Shown here: in pieces, positions 1 through 10,866 of the stretch
Layout: the number at the start of each line of letters is the position of its first letter
Numbering within the stretch: the first letter of the stretch is position 1
Source: Eledone cirrhosa
Taxonomy: Eukaryota
Direction of reading: 5' to 3'
Assembly (NCBI GenBank): GCA_964016885.1
Contig: OZ024766.1
Coordinates: 15,996,001-16,060,000, forward strand
Length of the DNA stretch: 64,000 bases
The notes under the pieces: generated by a model
The model's input: the letters and a program-made list of their open reading frames with translations, nothing else
The model's database searches: none
Told to the model about the DNA's origin: nothing
Made by a program: the position numbers and the translations under genes

Positions 1-1425
<1,425 letters not shown>

Positions 1426-1521
1426 AACACAAGGTTACTTAATGTAACACAAACACAATCAGACAAGATAAAAACCATGTCACTCAGCCAAAATAGTGCC
1501 ACCAATGTTGTTAATGTTTTG

Positions 1522-1545
1522 AATAAAACTTGTTTGTTCTGAAAT
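1522..1545 (+). terminator. Candidate polyadenylation signal of the ZNF gene
   Basis: AATAAA followed by a GT-rich element (tgtttgtt), conserved at the same place in all six cassettes (~11727, 27954, 35933, 42924, 49761). Confidence 0.45.
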
Positions 1546-1623
1546 TATTCTCCTTTCATTTTATTTGTAGAAGTTGTAACCAAGACTTATGCTGACAAAT
1601 CTGTATGGTACAGAATTTACAAA

Positions 1624-1668
<45 letters not shown>

Positions 1669-1874
1669 CCAAAACATCTATGATCTCGGTTTACAGCTGA
1701 TGAAGGGTTTCTTCTCTCCTTTCATCCATATTACCATCTTAAACTTTGTTTACAGTAACCACACAGCTCCTTTCGTTTCTTATATATATATATATAACAA
1801 AGGAGGTGTGGTAAAGAACCAGATGGACCATATACGCACCAGAGTACTCGATACTTAGGGTAGTAGAGCGGGTA

Positions 1875-1997
1875 ATAGGAAAATGTTTAACCCCGACGGC
1901 AGAGCTCAATCTGTTTCGACGGCTATTTCTGGAAACAGTCCAGACATAACCGTCGAAATGGCTTCAGCTCTGCCGTCGGGGTTAAACATTTTCCTAT
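1875..1997. repeat. Fold-back palindrome A (~59-bp arms, 5-nt loop AACAG)
   Basis: ataggaaaatgtttaaccccgacggcagagct...tctgga/aacag/tccaga...agctctgccgtcggggttaaacattttcctat; followed by (TA)n. Confidence 0.9.
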
Positions 1998-2154
1998 ATA
2001 TATATATACATATGTATGAGTGTATATGTCAGTGTGTAGAAGTTTCTGTCCATGAAAATGATTATCTTTATTTGTGTATATATGTGTGTGTGTATGTTTA
2101 TGTGTTCTTATATACGTGTGTGCACATCTTGATGTATTTTCAGTGTCTGTTCTA

Positions 2155-2240
2155 GTTCTCAGAGTACAAATCCCACTGAGGTAAAGTTGCTTCGTTATTT
2201 TGAGGTCAATAAATGAAATACCAGTGAAATACTGGGGGTG
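2155..2240 (+). mobile_element. Degenerate tRNA-derived SINE fragment
   Basis: gagtacaaatcccactgaggtaaagttgc...aataaatgaaataccagtgaaatactgggg aligns by eye with the SINE at 7227-7403. Copies lie near 12355, 28583, 36572 and 43573. Confidence 0.55.
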
Positions 2241-2312
2241 TGGGGTTAATTCCTCTTCTTTGTCATTGTCTGTTTGTCTACTCTTCTCTTTCTCTGTATA
2301 TATATATATATA

Positions 2313-2502
2313 TCCAAAATTAAGATAAATAAAATTAATCTATATCAAATTATGGGTGTCATGCCAGAAAGACAGGCGCCATATCACTCGTAAAATAAGG
2401 TCCATGGAGCTTATTTCATGAGCGATATGGCGCCTGTCTTATTGGCATGACACCCATGATACGATTCAGATTAATTTCATTTTAATTTATCTTAATTTTG
2501 GA
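2313..2502. repeat. Fold-back palindrome B (~95-bp arms, no loop, centre TCCATGGA), flanked by (TA)n; MITE-like or retro-inversion product
   Basis: tccaaaattaagata...aataagg-tccatgga-gcttatt...tatcttaattttgga. Confidence 0.88.
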
Positions 2503-3197
2503 TATATATATATATAAATAGGGCCTCTTAATTGTAGAGCTAACTCTGTTGAAAGGACCTGACTGCTGTTTCTAGTTGTCAATAACCCTATTCACGCAAC
2601 TGGGACGAAGCTGGTATGATCTGTGTATTTTTAGTAGATAGAGCACGTGTTACTGGTCAGTCGCTGATTTGAACTTGATGCGTAAACACAGATGGTTGGA
2701 CTTCTTCCTTGTTGAGAATCCAAGATCTGGCTACTGTCGTTTACCAATCGATTAATTGGTGAAATATATTTCTTTAATGGAATATATACAAGGAAGATTA
2801 ATCATTTTCTAAGGTATCTATTTTTGAAGTTCTAGTTAAACTTTATTTAGTTACCTACCTAGCTATGTGTGCTTACACACTTTTACAAATTATCCCCTGT
2901 GATTGTTTCATATGTTTATTTATATGTCAATTTCTAGTTGATATATATATAAAAATATATATATATATATATATATATATACGTGGAAAAGTAAAATATA
3001 GCAGAACAGACCGTTAAAAGATGTTTATTTAAAATAACACCTATGTAATGAAGACATGATAAATTGTCCTCGCGCTCTCTCTATATATAGAGAAAAGGTG
3101 AAGTTGGAAATAGCACGGAAAATATATTTTAGGGTCTGTTTTTCTGTTATTTATCTTTTGGTTCGTCAAAGTGACATTATTGAAAATATGGGAGGGA

Positions 3198-3335
3198 CAT
3201 CATCATTCATCATCATTTCATTTCACGTCCGCTTTCTCCCTGCTTGCAAGGGTGGGACGGGAACTGATTCTGGCTTGATTTCTACAGATGGATGCCCGTC
3301 TTAACGCCAACCTCACTTACAGTGAGTGCTGGGTA
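3198..3335 (-). mobile_element. 3'-end relic of an RTE-type LINE (or its partner SINE)
   Basis: The reverse complement matches the 3' end of the young RTE at ~51050-51220 (ttaggaagggcatcca...tgtagaaa; ggacgt..gatgatgatg tail). Copies lie at ~13359-13495 and ~29610-29747. Confidence 0.7.
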
Positions 3336-3339
3336 CTGT

Positions 3340-5394
3340 CATGTTGAATGTTTTTCATGATGTTGTGGTCGGCATATTTCTGGTCATCCACCAGTCAAGG
3401 TTTATTTTCATCCACAAACTTACGCAACACTTCAATATCATGGTTTGTCTCCTGAAAAACTGATTGTATTACCTCAATTTCTTCTGGCTCTGGCATCCCG
3501 CGTTGCTATTCATTGCTGGAATTCAATGGGACAGGTTGCACAGAGATTGATTGTAAATCCTGGAGGTAGATTCCACATAAATATTGCTATAACATCTTTG
3601 GGCTAGGTGTAGATAGTCGTCTGACATATTGTTTTTGTACTCCTGCCAGGGTAGATGAGATTTATTCCAGATGCTGTGAGTATAGTAGCAAACAACTGTC
3701 TTATTTAACTGGCTACTCCAGTGACTGCTCCTTCTAGTCCCTTCTTCCAATGTTAGTTGTCATACAGGTGCCCATGGCTGTCTTATTTAACTGGCCACTC
3801 CAGTGACTGCTCCTTCTAGTCTCTTCTTCCAATGTCAGTTGTCATACAGGTGTCCATGGCTGTCTTATTTAACTGGCTACTCCAGTGACTGCTCCTTCTA
3901 GTCTCTTCTTCCAATGTCAGTTGTCATACAGGTGTCCATGGCTGTCTTATTTAACTGGCTACTCCAGTGACTGCTCCTTCTAGTCTCTTCTTCCAATGTC
4001 AGTTGTCATACAGGTGTCCATGGCTGTCTTATTTAACTGGCCACTTCAGTGACTGCTCCCTCTAGTCCCTTCTTCCAATGTCAGTTGTCATACAGGAGTC
4101 CATGGCTGTCTTATTTAACTGGCTACTCCAGTGACTGCTCCTTCTAGTCCCTTCTTCCAATGTCAGTTGTCATACAGGAGTCCATGGATGTCTTACTTAA
4201 CTGGCTACTCCAGTGACTGCTCCTTCTAGTCTCTTCTTCCAATGTCAGTTGTCATACAGGAGTCCATGGCTGTCTTATTTAACAGGCTACTCCAGTGACT
4301 GCTCCTTCTAGTCCCTTCTTCCAATGTCAGTTGTCATACAGGTGTCCATGGCTGTCTTATTTAACTGGCTACTCCAGTGTCTGCTCCTTCTAGTCCCTTC
4401 TTCCAATGTCAGTTGTCATACAGGTGTCCATGGCTGTCTTATTTAACTGGCTACTCCAGTGACTGCTCCTTCTAGTCCCTTCTTCCAATGTCAGTTGTCA
4501 TACAGGTGTCCATGGCTGTCTTATTTAACTGTCCACTCCAGTGACTGCTCCTTCTAGTCTCTCTTTCCAATGTCAGTTGTCATACAGGAGTCCATGGCTG
4601 TCTTATTTAACTGGCTACTCCAGTGACTGCTCCTTCTCGTCTCTTCTTCCAATGTCAGTTGTCATACAGGTGTCCATGGCTGTCTTATTTAACTGGCTAT
4701 TCCAGTGACTGCTCCTTCTAGTCCATTCTTCCAATGTCAGTTGTCATACAGGAGTCCATGGCTGTCTTATTTAACTGGCTACTCCAGTGACTGCTCCTTC
4801 TAGTCTCTTCTTCCAATGTCAGTTGTCATACAGGTGTCCATGGCTGTCTTATTTAACTGGCTACTCCAGTGTCTGCTCCTTCTAGTCCCTTCTTCCAATG
4901 TCAGTTGTCATACAGGTGTCCATGGCTGTCTTATTTAACTGGCTACTCCAGTGACTGCTCCTTCTTGTCTCTTCTTCCAATGTCAGTTGTCATACAGGTG
5001 TCCATAGTATGCTTCTTGGGATGTGCTGCTCTCTGCCACCAAATCACCTGAGATCCTCAAATGACGTTGGTCCTTGAACAATATGCAGAAGTGACTGTAA
5101 ATAAAAACTCTCTCTGTTGTTGGGGTGGTCATTGTAAACATGCCCAATAGCATCACTTGCCTTGACTTCATCACCTTCCACTAAATGACCCTGCTTCCTT
5201 TGATTCCAAGTCTTACAATTGGTCCAGGTGTAGTATTTTGGGATGTCAGCATATAGAAGGGATCGAACAAATTCTTTATTCTGGCAGTGTTTCAAAAAAG
5301 CAGTTAGAGTAGTGTCAGGTGGTGCTGGTGTCAACTGATGAGCAGTGGTTTCAGTGAAGTACACACTCTGTCCATTTTCTATATGTATAGAGAT
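3340..5394 (-). mobile_element. Helitron RepHel fragment (region between Rep and Pif1 helicase domains), interrupted by the 82-bp satellite
   Basis: Minus-strand translation gives IHIENGQSVYFTE..PPDTTLTAF..LLYADIPKYYTW..SDAIGHVY.HPNNRESFYL..LLHIVQGPTSFEDLR. After the satellite it gives IRQLFATILTA..WQEYKNNMSDDYLH..IYNQ..ETNHDIEVLRKFVDENKP*LVDDQK. These are typical Helitron RepHel motifs, with stops and frameshifts. Confidence 0.85.
3696..5005. repeat. 82-bp satellite array 1 (~16 monomers)
   Basis: Monomer catggctgtcttatttaactggctactccagtgactgctccttctagtcccttcttccaatgtcagttgtcatacaggtgtc; period 82 (e.g. catgg at 4101 and 4183). Confidence 0.97.
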
Positions 5395-5396
5395 AA

Positions 5397-5600
5397 GGAT
5401 GAAAAGCAAAGTTAATCCCTCAGAGGTTAGCTTTGCCTTTCATCCATACGGGGTCGATAAAATGAAGTACCAGTAATGTACTGAGGTATTTACTGGCCTT
5501 GTGCCTAAAGTAGAAACAATTATTACGGGGTCAATAAAATAAAGTACCAGTAATACACTAGGGTAATTGCTGGCCTTGTGCAAAAAGTAGAAACAATTAT
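5397..5600 (+). mobile_element. 5'-truncated SINE with an inverted 5' piece and a tandemly repeated 77-bp tail
   Basis: ggatgaaaagcaaagttaa / ttagctttgcctttcatcc inverted pair, then acggggtcgataaaa..gtaccag..ggccttgtgcc..gaaacaattat twice (5448, 5525). There are two tail copies at ~22640-22846 and ~38012-38216, and three at ~30901-31182 and ~45267-45548. Confidence 0.7.
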
Positions 5601-6349
5601 CACATTTCTTTTTAATAAATCACATCACTATAGAATTAAATACGACTGGAAATGTGAGTGAAAGTACAAAATTATGTCAGGGACTTTTCACGTTTGACAC
5701 CGTACGAGTGTTGAAACATTCGCTAAGACACCGAGTACCTGCCGTCTTCGTGATAACTTTAATTTATCTAATTATATCTTGTGTAACAATTATATATATA
5801 TATACACACACACAATTTTAATTCCCCGACATCAGTCTTACACTGTCATATCTATTCTTACTTTACAATTGTGTCTACTAAGAGTTCCATTACAATCTGT
5901 AGTAGTAAAACTACTATTTCACCAGAACATCTGCTATCAGTCATTTATAGACAATATATATATATTTTAGACTACATATCAACCTAATATATATATATTT
6001 CCTATCAAATCTGTAGCTAAAGACATAAAGTCAGCCTCACTACTTCATTCTGACAAGATATCAATTTATGACTAAAGATGAAGAAGATACACCAACGTTA
6101 ATGTCGTGAAATAAAGCTGATCACATTGAAACTTCTAATTTGATAACAAAGAGATTATTTCTTTGGTTGTTTAGTAACAACTAACAACACAATACATTAA
6201 TTATATGCGAAGGAGGTAAGTTGACAAAGATTTACTTAATGTCTATATTAATGTGTGTAAATAAAATAATTATGTGACCCCTACAACGCACCAGTAATTA
6301 ACCAGATTCCACTGTTACATGTGATATAAAATATATTGTTATGACTGTC

Positions 6350-6900
6350 TTTATTATTTAAATTACCTCCGTCTATTTAATTATCTTGTTCACTACCTTA
6401 CATAATAAAATATAGTTTATATTTAGCTGTACCTTGTTGTTGCTTTAAGTAAGTTAAAGATATATTTATTATTTAAATTACCTCCGTCTATTTAATTATG
6501 CGGTTCACTACCTGACATTATAAAATATAGTTTATATTTAGCTGTACCTTGTCATTGCTTTAAGTCAATTAAAGATATATTTATTATTTAAATTACCTCC
6601 GTCTATTTAATTATGTGGTTCACTACCTTACATTATAAAATATAGTTTATATTTAGCTGTACCTTGTTATTGCGTTAAGTAAATTAAAGATATATTTATT
6701 ATTTAATTATGTGGTTCACTACCTTACATTATAAAATATAGTTTATATTTAGCTGTACCTTGTCATTGCTTTAAGTAAATTAAAGATATATTTATTATTT
6801 AAATTACCTCCGTCTATTTAATTAACTTGTTCACTACCTTACATTATAAAATATATTTTATATTTAGCTGTACCTTGTTATTGCTTTAAGTAAATTAATA
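6350..6900. repeat. 115-bp AT-rich intronic tandem repeat (~5 copies)
   Basis: aattacctccgtctatttaatt...cactaccttacattataaaatatag at 6361, 6476, 6591, a shortened copy, and ~6802. There are 3 copies at ~23595-23930, 4 at ~31930-32380, 2 at ~38968-39195 and 2 at ~46295-46515. Confidence 0.9.
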
Positions 6901-7169
6901 TTTTGTCTATTTTAGTCTAAATCTCTTACAACTTAATTAACTTCATCTACTTATGGTTTAACATTACTTTATTGTGGGTTTCATTTCATTATAATTATGT
7001 CTGATTAGCCAGCCAAGTAGGGGTTGAGTATCTGTATTTCAGGGAACTGGTTTGATGGTGAAGGGACATCTGTTGTTGTGGGATCTCGGTGGCTGTACAT
7101 AATAAGGTTCTAATACTCTAAAGAGCTAGCTGAATAACCGTCTGATACATGTCTTGTATAGAGGATCAT

Positions 7170-7538
7170 AAAGCCATGTATAGAAGAGCAGTCAGCAATG
7201 TCAGGATTAACATTCATTATAGTGAAGTGGCAGTATCGGTAGAGAGTCGGACACCATGCTTTGAGGCACAGAGTTATGTCCCTTTATGATCTGAGTTCAA
7301 ATCCCGCCGAGGTTAACTTTGCCTTACATCCATATGGGGTTGATAAAATAAAGTACCAGTAATGTACTGGGTAATTGCTGGCCTTGTGTTTAAAATAGAA
7401 ACAATTATAGTGAATAATTTGGAGTGTAGTCTGGTGTCCACCAGGGCTCTGTTGTTAGCCCTCACTTAGTTATTATCGTCCTGCAGCCTATAACAGATGT
7501 TTAAGACTGGCTGCCCAGGGGAACTCCTGTATGCACAG
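7170..7538 (+). mobile_element. RTE-type LINE reverse-transcriptase fragment (domains 4-5), split by a SINE
   Basis: Plus-strand translation is AMYRRAVSNVRINIHYSE|SINE|..FGV*SGVHQGSVLSPHLVIIVLQPITEMFKTGCPWELLYA (cleanest at ~32655-33020). Copies lie near 24206, 32655, 39460 and 46790. Confidence 0.8.
7227..7403 (+). mobile_element. tRNA-derived SINE with 11-bp target-site duplication
   Basis: A-box-like tggcagtatcgg at 7228 and B-box gttcaaatcc at 7295. TSD ATTATAGTGAA at 7216-7226 and 7404-7414. Copies lie at 24259-24435, 32709-32885, 39514-39690 and 46846-47022. Confidence 0.82.
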
Positions 7539-7539
7539 C

Positions 7540-8075
7540 AGGACCTGAAGAATGCGATCATATGCATTTTCAAGGTCTATAAAACGATAATATATACCTC
7601 TTAGCAATACTCCCACGATTTCTCAAAGACCTGCCACAGTGTGAATATTTGGTGGGTTATGTTGCACCCAGGGAGCAAACAGCACTGTCCATCAGCTAGC
7701 TTGGACTCGCTACATCACTTTGCCAGAAACTTTGCATATACTTTACCAGGGAGTCTTAACAAGGTGATCCCTCTCTATTTGGAACAATCTCTCGTGTGTC
7801 CCTTTTTATAAATTGGGATTATCACTCCCGATTGCCTTTGCTTGAGTGCCATTTCAGAGACCCAGGCCATCTGACACACATGAGTCGGTCACATTTGAGC
7901 TCTTTAATTGCTCTTGTGACCTCAGCCTCCGAGAGATTAGTCACCGCTATCAGATTCACCTCATGTACATCCAAAGATGCTGTTGTGATCGGGTTTGGGA
8001 GATCAGCAAAGAATTCTCTCCACCTCATGAGGATCCATCTCTCTGAAGAGAAAAGAACCCCAGATGCACTCATGG
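7540..8075 (-). mobile_element. RTE-type LINE reverse-transcriptase fragment (N-terminal RT domains), degenerate
   Basis: Minus-strand translation is RWREFFADL.NP..LSEAEVTRAIKELK..IIPIYKKGDTRDCSK.RGITLL.LPGKVYAKFL..QIFTLWQVFEKSWEY..FIDLENAYDRI. Copies lie at ~24575-25095, 33025-33560, 39830-40340 and 47160-47695. Confidence 0.82.
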
Positions 8076-8270
8076 TTGCAGGTGTGGAGGAAGATTTCTT
8101 GTAACTAATTTAACTAATTAAAAACTAAAATAATTTGATTTTTCAATAAAAAGTTTCCAGGGTTTATAGATGTAAAATTTCCACTGTTAAATCTATCTTT
8201 GCTTCTTAAGTATTCTCTATTATTTCATACTGTTTCTTTTTCATTTCAGAATATCAGATGACATTGGGAT

Positions 8271-8503
8271 AAATTATTATTTTCAATCTTGGATACATCA
8301 CCTCTATTTATCATCATTTGAAGATTAAAACTTTTTAAACAGAACTTATATAACACTGTTTATATAAATCTATCAGAATTACTGTGAAAATTATTATTTT
8401 CAATCTTGGATACATCACCTCTATTTATCATCATTTGAAGATTAAAACTTTTTAAACAGAACTTATATAACACTGTTTATATAAATCAATCAGAATTACT
8501 GTG
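8271..8503 (+). repeat. 117-bp direct duplication in the presumed 5'UTR exon
   Basis: aaattattattttcaatcttggatacatcacc...ttactgtg at 8271 and 8388. It is also doubled before genes 5 and 6 and single before genes 3 and 4. Confidence 0.85.
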
Positions 8504-8748
8504 ATATATTTCCTCAGAACTGAGTTTAAAGACAAAATTCCTTTTCTTCACTGTGTGGTATATATATATGAGAGATATATTTTGTATTTTAACTCAGCTT
8601 CAATGACAAAGAAGTTTGCATCATCTTCAGATATTAACTGAGATCATAATTGAGGGAAATATAACAGAAGAAATATTTTTTAGGAATATAATATAAAAAA
8701 TATTAAAGAATAACATCTGTAAATTCTGCCAAGGGAAGAAGAATTATT

Positions 8749-10866
8749 ATGGAAAATATATTGAGTGAAAAGAAGATTAAATGTGAAACAATGTCTAAAG
8801 ATATGGCTATTACAGAAGAGATGTCAAAGGATAGAGGAGAGAAGCCATATCACTGTGATGTCTGTGGTAAATCATTCTCTGTTAGGAGTAAATTAACTAG
8901 TCACAAACGTACTCATACAGGAGAAAAGCAATACCACTGTGATATCTGTGGTAAATCATTCTTTGTTAATGGTAATTTAACAAGCCACAAACGTACACAT
9001 ACAGGAGAGAAGCCATACCACTGTGATATCTGTCGTAAATCATTCTCTCAAAGTAGTAATTTAACTAGCCACATGCGTATACATACAGGTGACAAACCAT
9101 ATCACTGTGATATCTGTGGTAAATCATTCTCTCTAAGTAGTATATTAACTTGTCACATACGTACCCATACAGGAGACAAATCATATCACTGTGATATCTG
9201 TGGTAAATCATTCTCTGAAAGTAGTATATTAACTAACCACATGCATATACATATAGGTGAGAAGCCATATCGCTGTAATATCTGTGGTCAATCATTCTCA
9301 CTAAGTGGTCACTTAACTAGCCACATACGTACCCATACAGGAGACAAGCCTTATAACTGTGATATCTGTGGTAAATCATTCTCTAAAAGTACTATATTAA
9401 CTAACCACATGCATATCCATACAGGAGAGAAGCCATATCACTGTGATATCTGTGGTAAATCATTCTTTGTTAATAGTAATTTAACTAGACACAAAAGTAT
9501 ACATACAGGTGAGAAGCCATATCACTGTGATATCTGTGGTAAATCATTCTCTCAAAGTGGTCACTTAAGTAGCCACAAACGTACCCATACAGGAGAGAAG
9601 CCATATAACTGTGATATCTGTGGTAAATCATTCTCTACAAGTACTATATTAACTAACCACATGCATATCCATACAGGAGAGAAGCCATATCACTGTGATA
9701 TCTGTGGTAAATCATTCTCTGAAAGTGGTACCTTAACTAGCCACAAATGTACCCATACAGGAGACAAGCCATATCACTGTGATATCTGTGGTAAATCATT
9801 CTCTCGAAGAAGTTACTTAACTGAGCACTTACGTATCCATACAGGTGAGAAGCCATATCGCTGTGATATCTGTGGTAAATCATTCTCTCAAAGTAGTCCC
9901 TTAACTAGACACAAACGTATACATACAGTAGAGAAGCCAAATCACTGTGATATCTGTGGTAAATCATTCTCTCAAAGTAGTAATTTAACTAGCCACATGC
10001 GTATACATACAGGTGACAAACCATATCACTGTGATATCTGTGGTAAATCATTCTCTCTAAGTAGTATATTAACTTGTCACATACGTACCCATACAGGAGA
10101 CAAACCATATCGCTGTGATATCTGTGGTCAAACATTCTCTCTAAGTGGTCACTTAACTAGCCACGTACGTACCCATACAGGAGACAAGCCTTATAACTGT
10201 GATATCTGTGGTCAATCATTCTCTCTAAGTGGTCACTTAACTAGCCACGTACGTACCCATACAGGAGACAAGCCTTATAACTGTGATATCTGTGGTAAAT
10301 CATTCTTTAATAATATTAGTTTAACTAGACATGAACGTACCCATTCAGGAGAGAAGCCATATCACTGTGATATCTGTGGTAAATCATTCTTTGTTAATAG
10401 TAATTTAACTAGACACAAAAGTATACATACAGGTGAGAAGCCATATCACTGTGATATCTGTGGTAAATCATTCTCTCAAAGTGGTCACTTAACTAGCCAC
10501 AAACGTACCCATACAGGAGAGAAGCCATATAACTGTGATATCTGTGGTAAATCATTCTCTAAAAGTAGTATATTAACTAACCACATGCATATCCATACAG
10601 GAGAGAAGCCATATCACTGTGATATCTGTGGTAAATCATTCTCTGAAAGTGGTACCTTAACTAGCCACAAACGTACCCATACAGGAGACAAGCCATATCA
10701 CTGTGATATCTGTGGTAAATCATTCTCTCGAAGAAGTTACTTAACTGAGCACTTACGTATCCATACAGGTGAGAAGCCATATCGCTGTGATATCTGTGGT
10801 AAATCATTCTCTCAATTTAGTAGTTTAACTAGACACAAATATACCCATACAGGTAAGAAACTATAA
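8749..10866 (+). CDS. Poly-C2H2 zinc-finger protein, paralogue 2 (705 aa, 24 fingers)
   Basis: Intact ORF: 33-aa leader [18 protein letters not shown]... plus 24 x 28 aa. Confidence 0.93.
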   Translation: MENILSEKKIKCETMSKDMAITEEMSKDRGEKPYHCDVCGKSFSVRSKLTSHKRTHTGEKQYHCDICGKSFFVNGNLTSHKRTHTGEKPYHCDICRKSFSQSSNLTSHMRIHTGDKPYHCDICGKSFSLSSILTCHIRTHTGDKSYHCDICGKSFSESSILTNHMHIHIGEKPYRCNICGQSFSLSGHLTSHIRTHTGDKPYNCDICGKSFSKSTILTNHMHIHTGEKPYHCDICGKSFFVNSNLTRHKSIHTGEKPYHCDICGKSFSQSGHLSSHKRTHTGEKPYNCDICGKSFSTSTILTNHMHIHTGEKPYHCDICGKSFSESGTLTSHKCTHTGDKPYHCDICGKSFSRRSYLTEHLRIHTGEKPYRCDICGKSFSQSSPLTRHKRIHTVEKPNHCDICGKSFSQSSNLTSHMRIHTGDKPYHCDICGKSFSLSSILTCHIRTHTGDKPYRCDICGQTFSLSGHLTSHVRTHTGDKPYNCDICGQSFSLSGHLTSHVRTHTGDKPYNCDICGKSFFNNISLTRHERTHSGEKPYHCDICGKSFFVNSNLTRHKSIHTGEKPYHCDICGKSFSQSGHLTSHKRTHTGEKPYNCDICGKSFSKSSILTNHMHIHTGEKPYHCDICGKSFSESGTLTSHKRTHTGDKPYHCDICGKSFSRRSYLTEHLRIHTGEKPYRCDICGKSFSQFSSLTRHKYTHTGKKL

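Larger units (their letters stand above)
6216..8249 (+). other. Putative 5'UTR intron of ZNF paralogue 2
   Basis: Strong donor GAG|GTAAGT at 6216 and polypyrimidine acceptor tgtttctttttcatttcag| at 8249. Both are conserved in every cassette (23458-25260, 31795-33723, 38830-40507, 46160-47861). No transcript evidence is available. Confidence 0.6.

Noticed and set aside
1697-1760. CTGATGA hammerhead core
   Set aside because: There is no GAAA core after a plausible stem II (ttaaac instead) and no convincing stem I. It cannot pair with the half-site in palindrome A.
3696-5005. Satellite (82 bp) derived from the zinc-finger unit (84 bp)
   Set aside because: The lengths are similar but there is no sequence or translated similarity. 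The monomer translates as Helitron RepHel instead.
7227-7310. tRNA gene
   Set aside because: A/B boxes are present but there is no cloverleaf. The SINE body, tail and TSD identify it as a SINE.
3340-10866. Whole cassette as a Helitron that captured the ZNF gene and amplified by rolling circle
   Set aside because: Only an internal RepHel fragment bounded by retroelement debris is visible. I could not identify a 5'-TC or hairpin+CTRR terminus. Unequal crossing-over is sufficient.
8749-10866. PRDM9 or KRAB-ZNF orthologue / named gene symbol
   Set aside because: No KRAB, SSXRD or PR/SET sequence is present. The 33-aa leader follows an AT-rich, stop-containing UTR.
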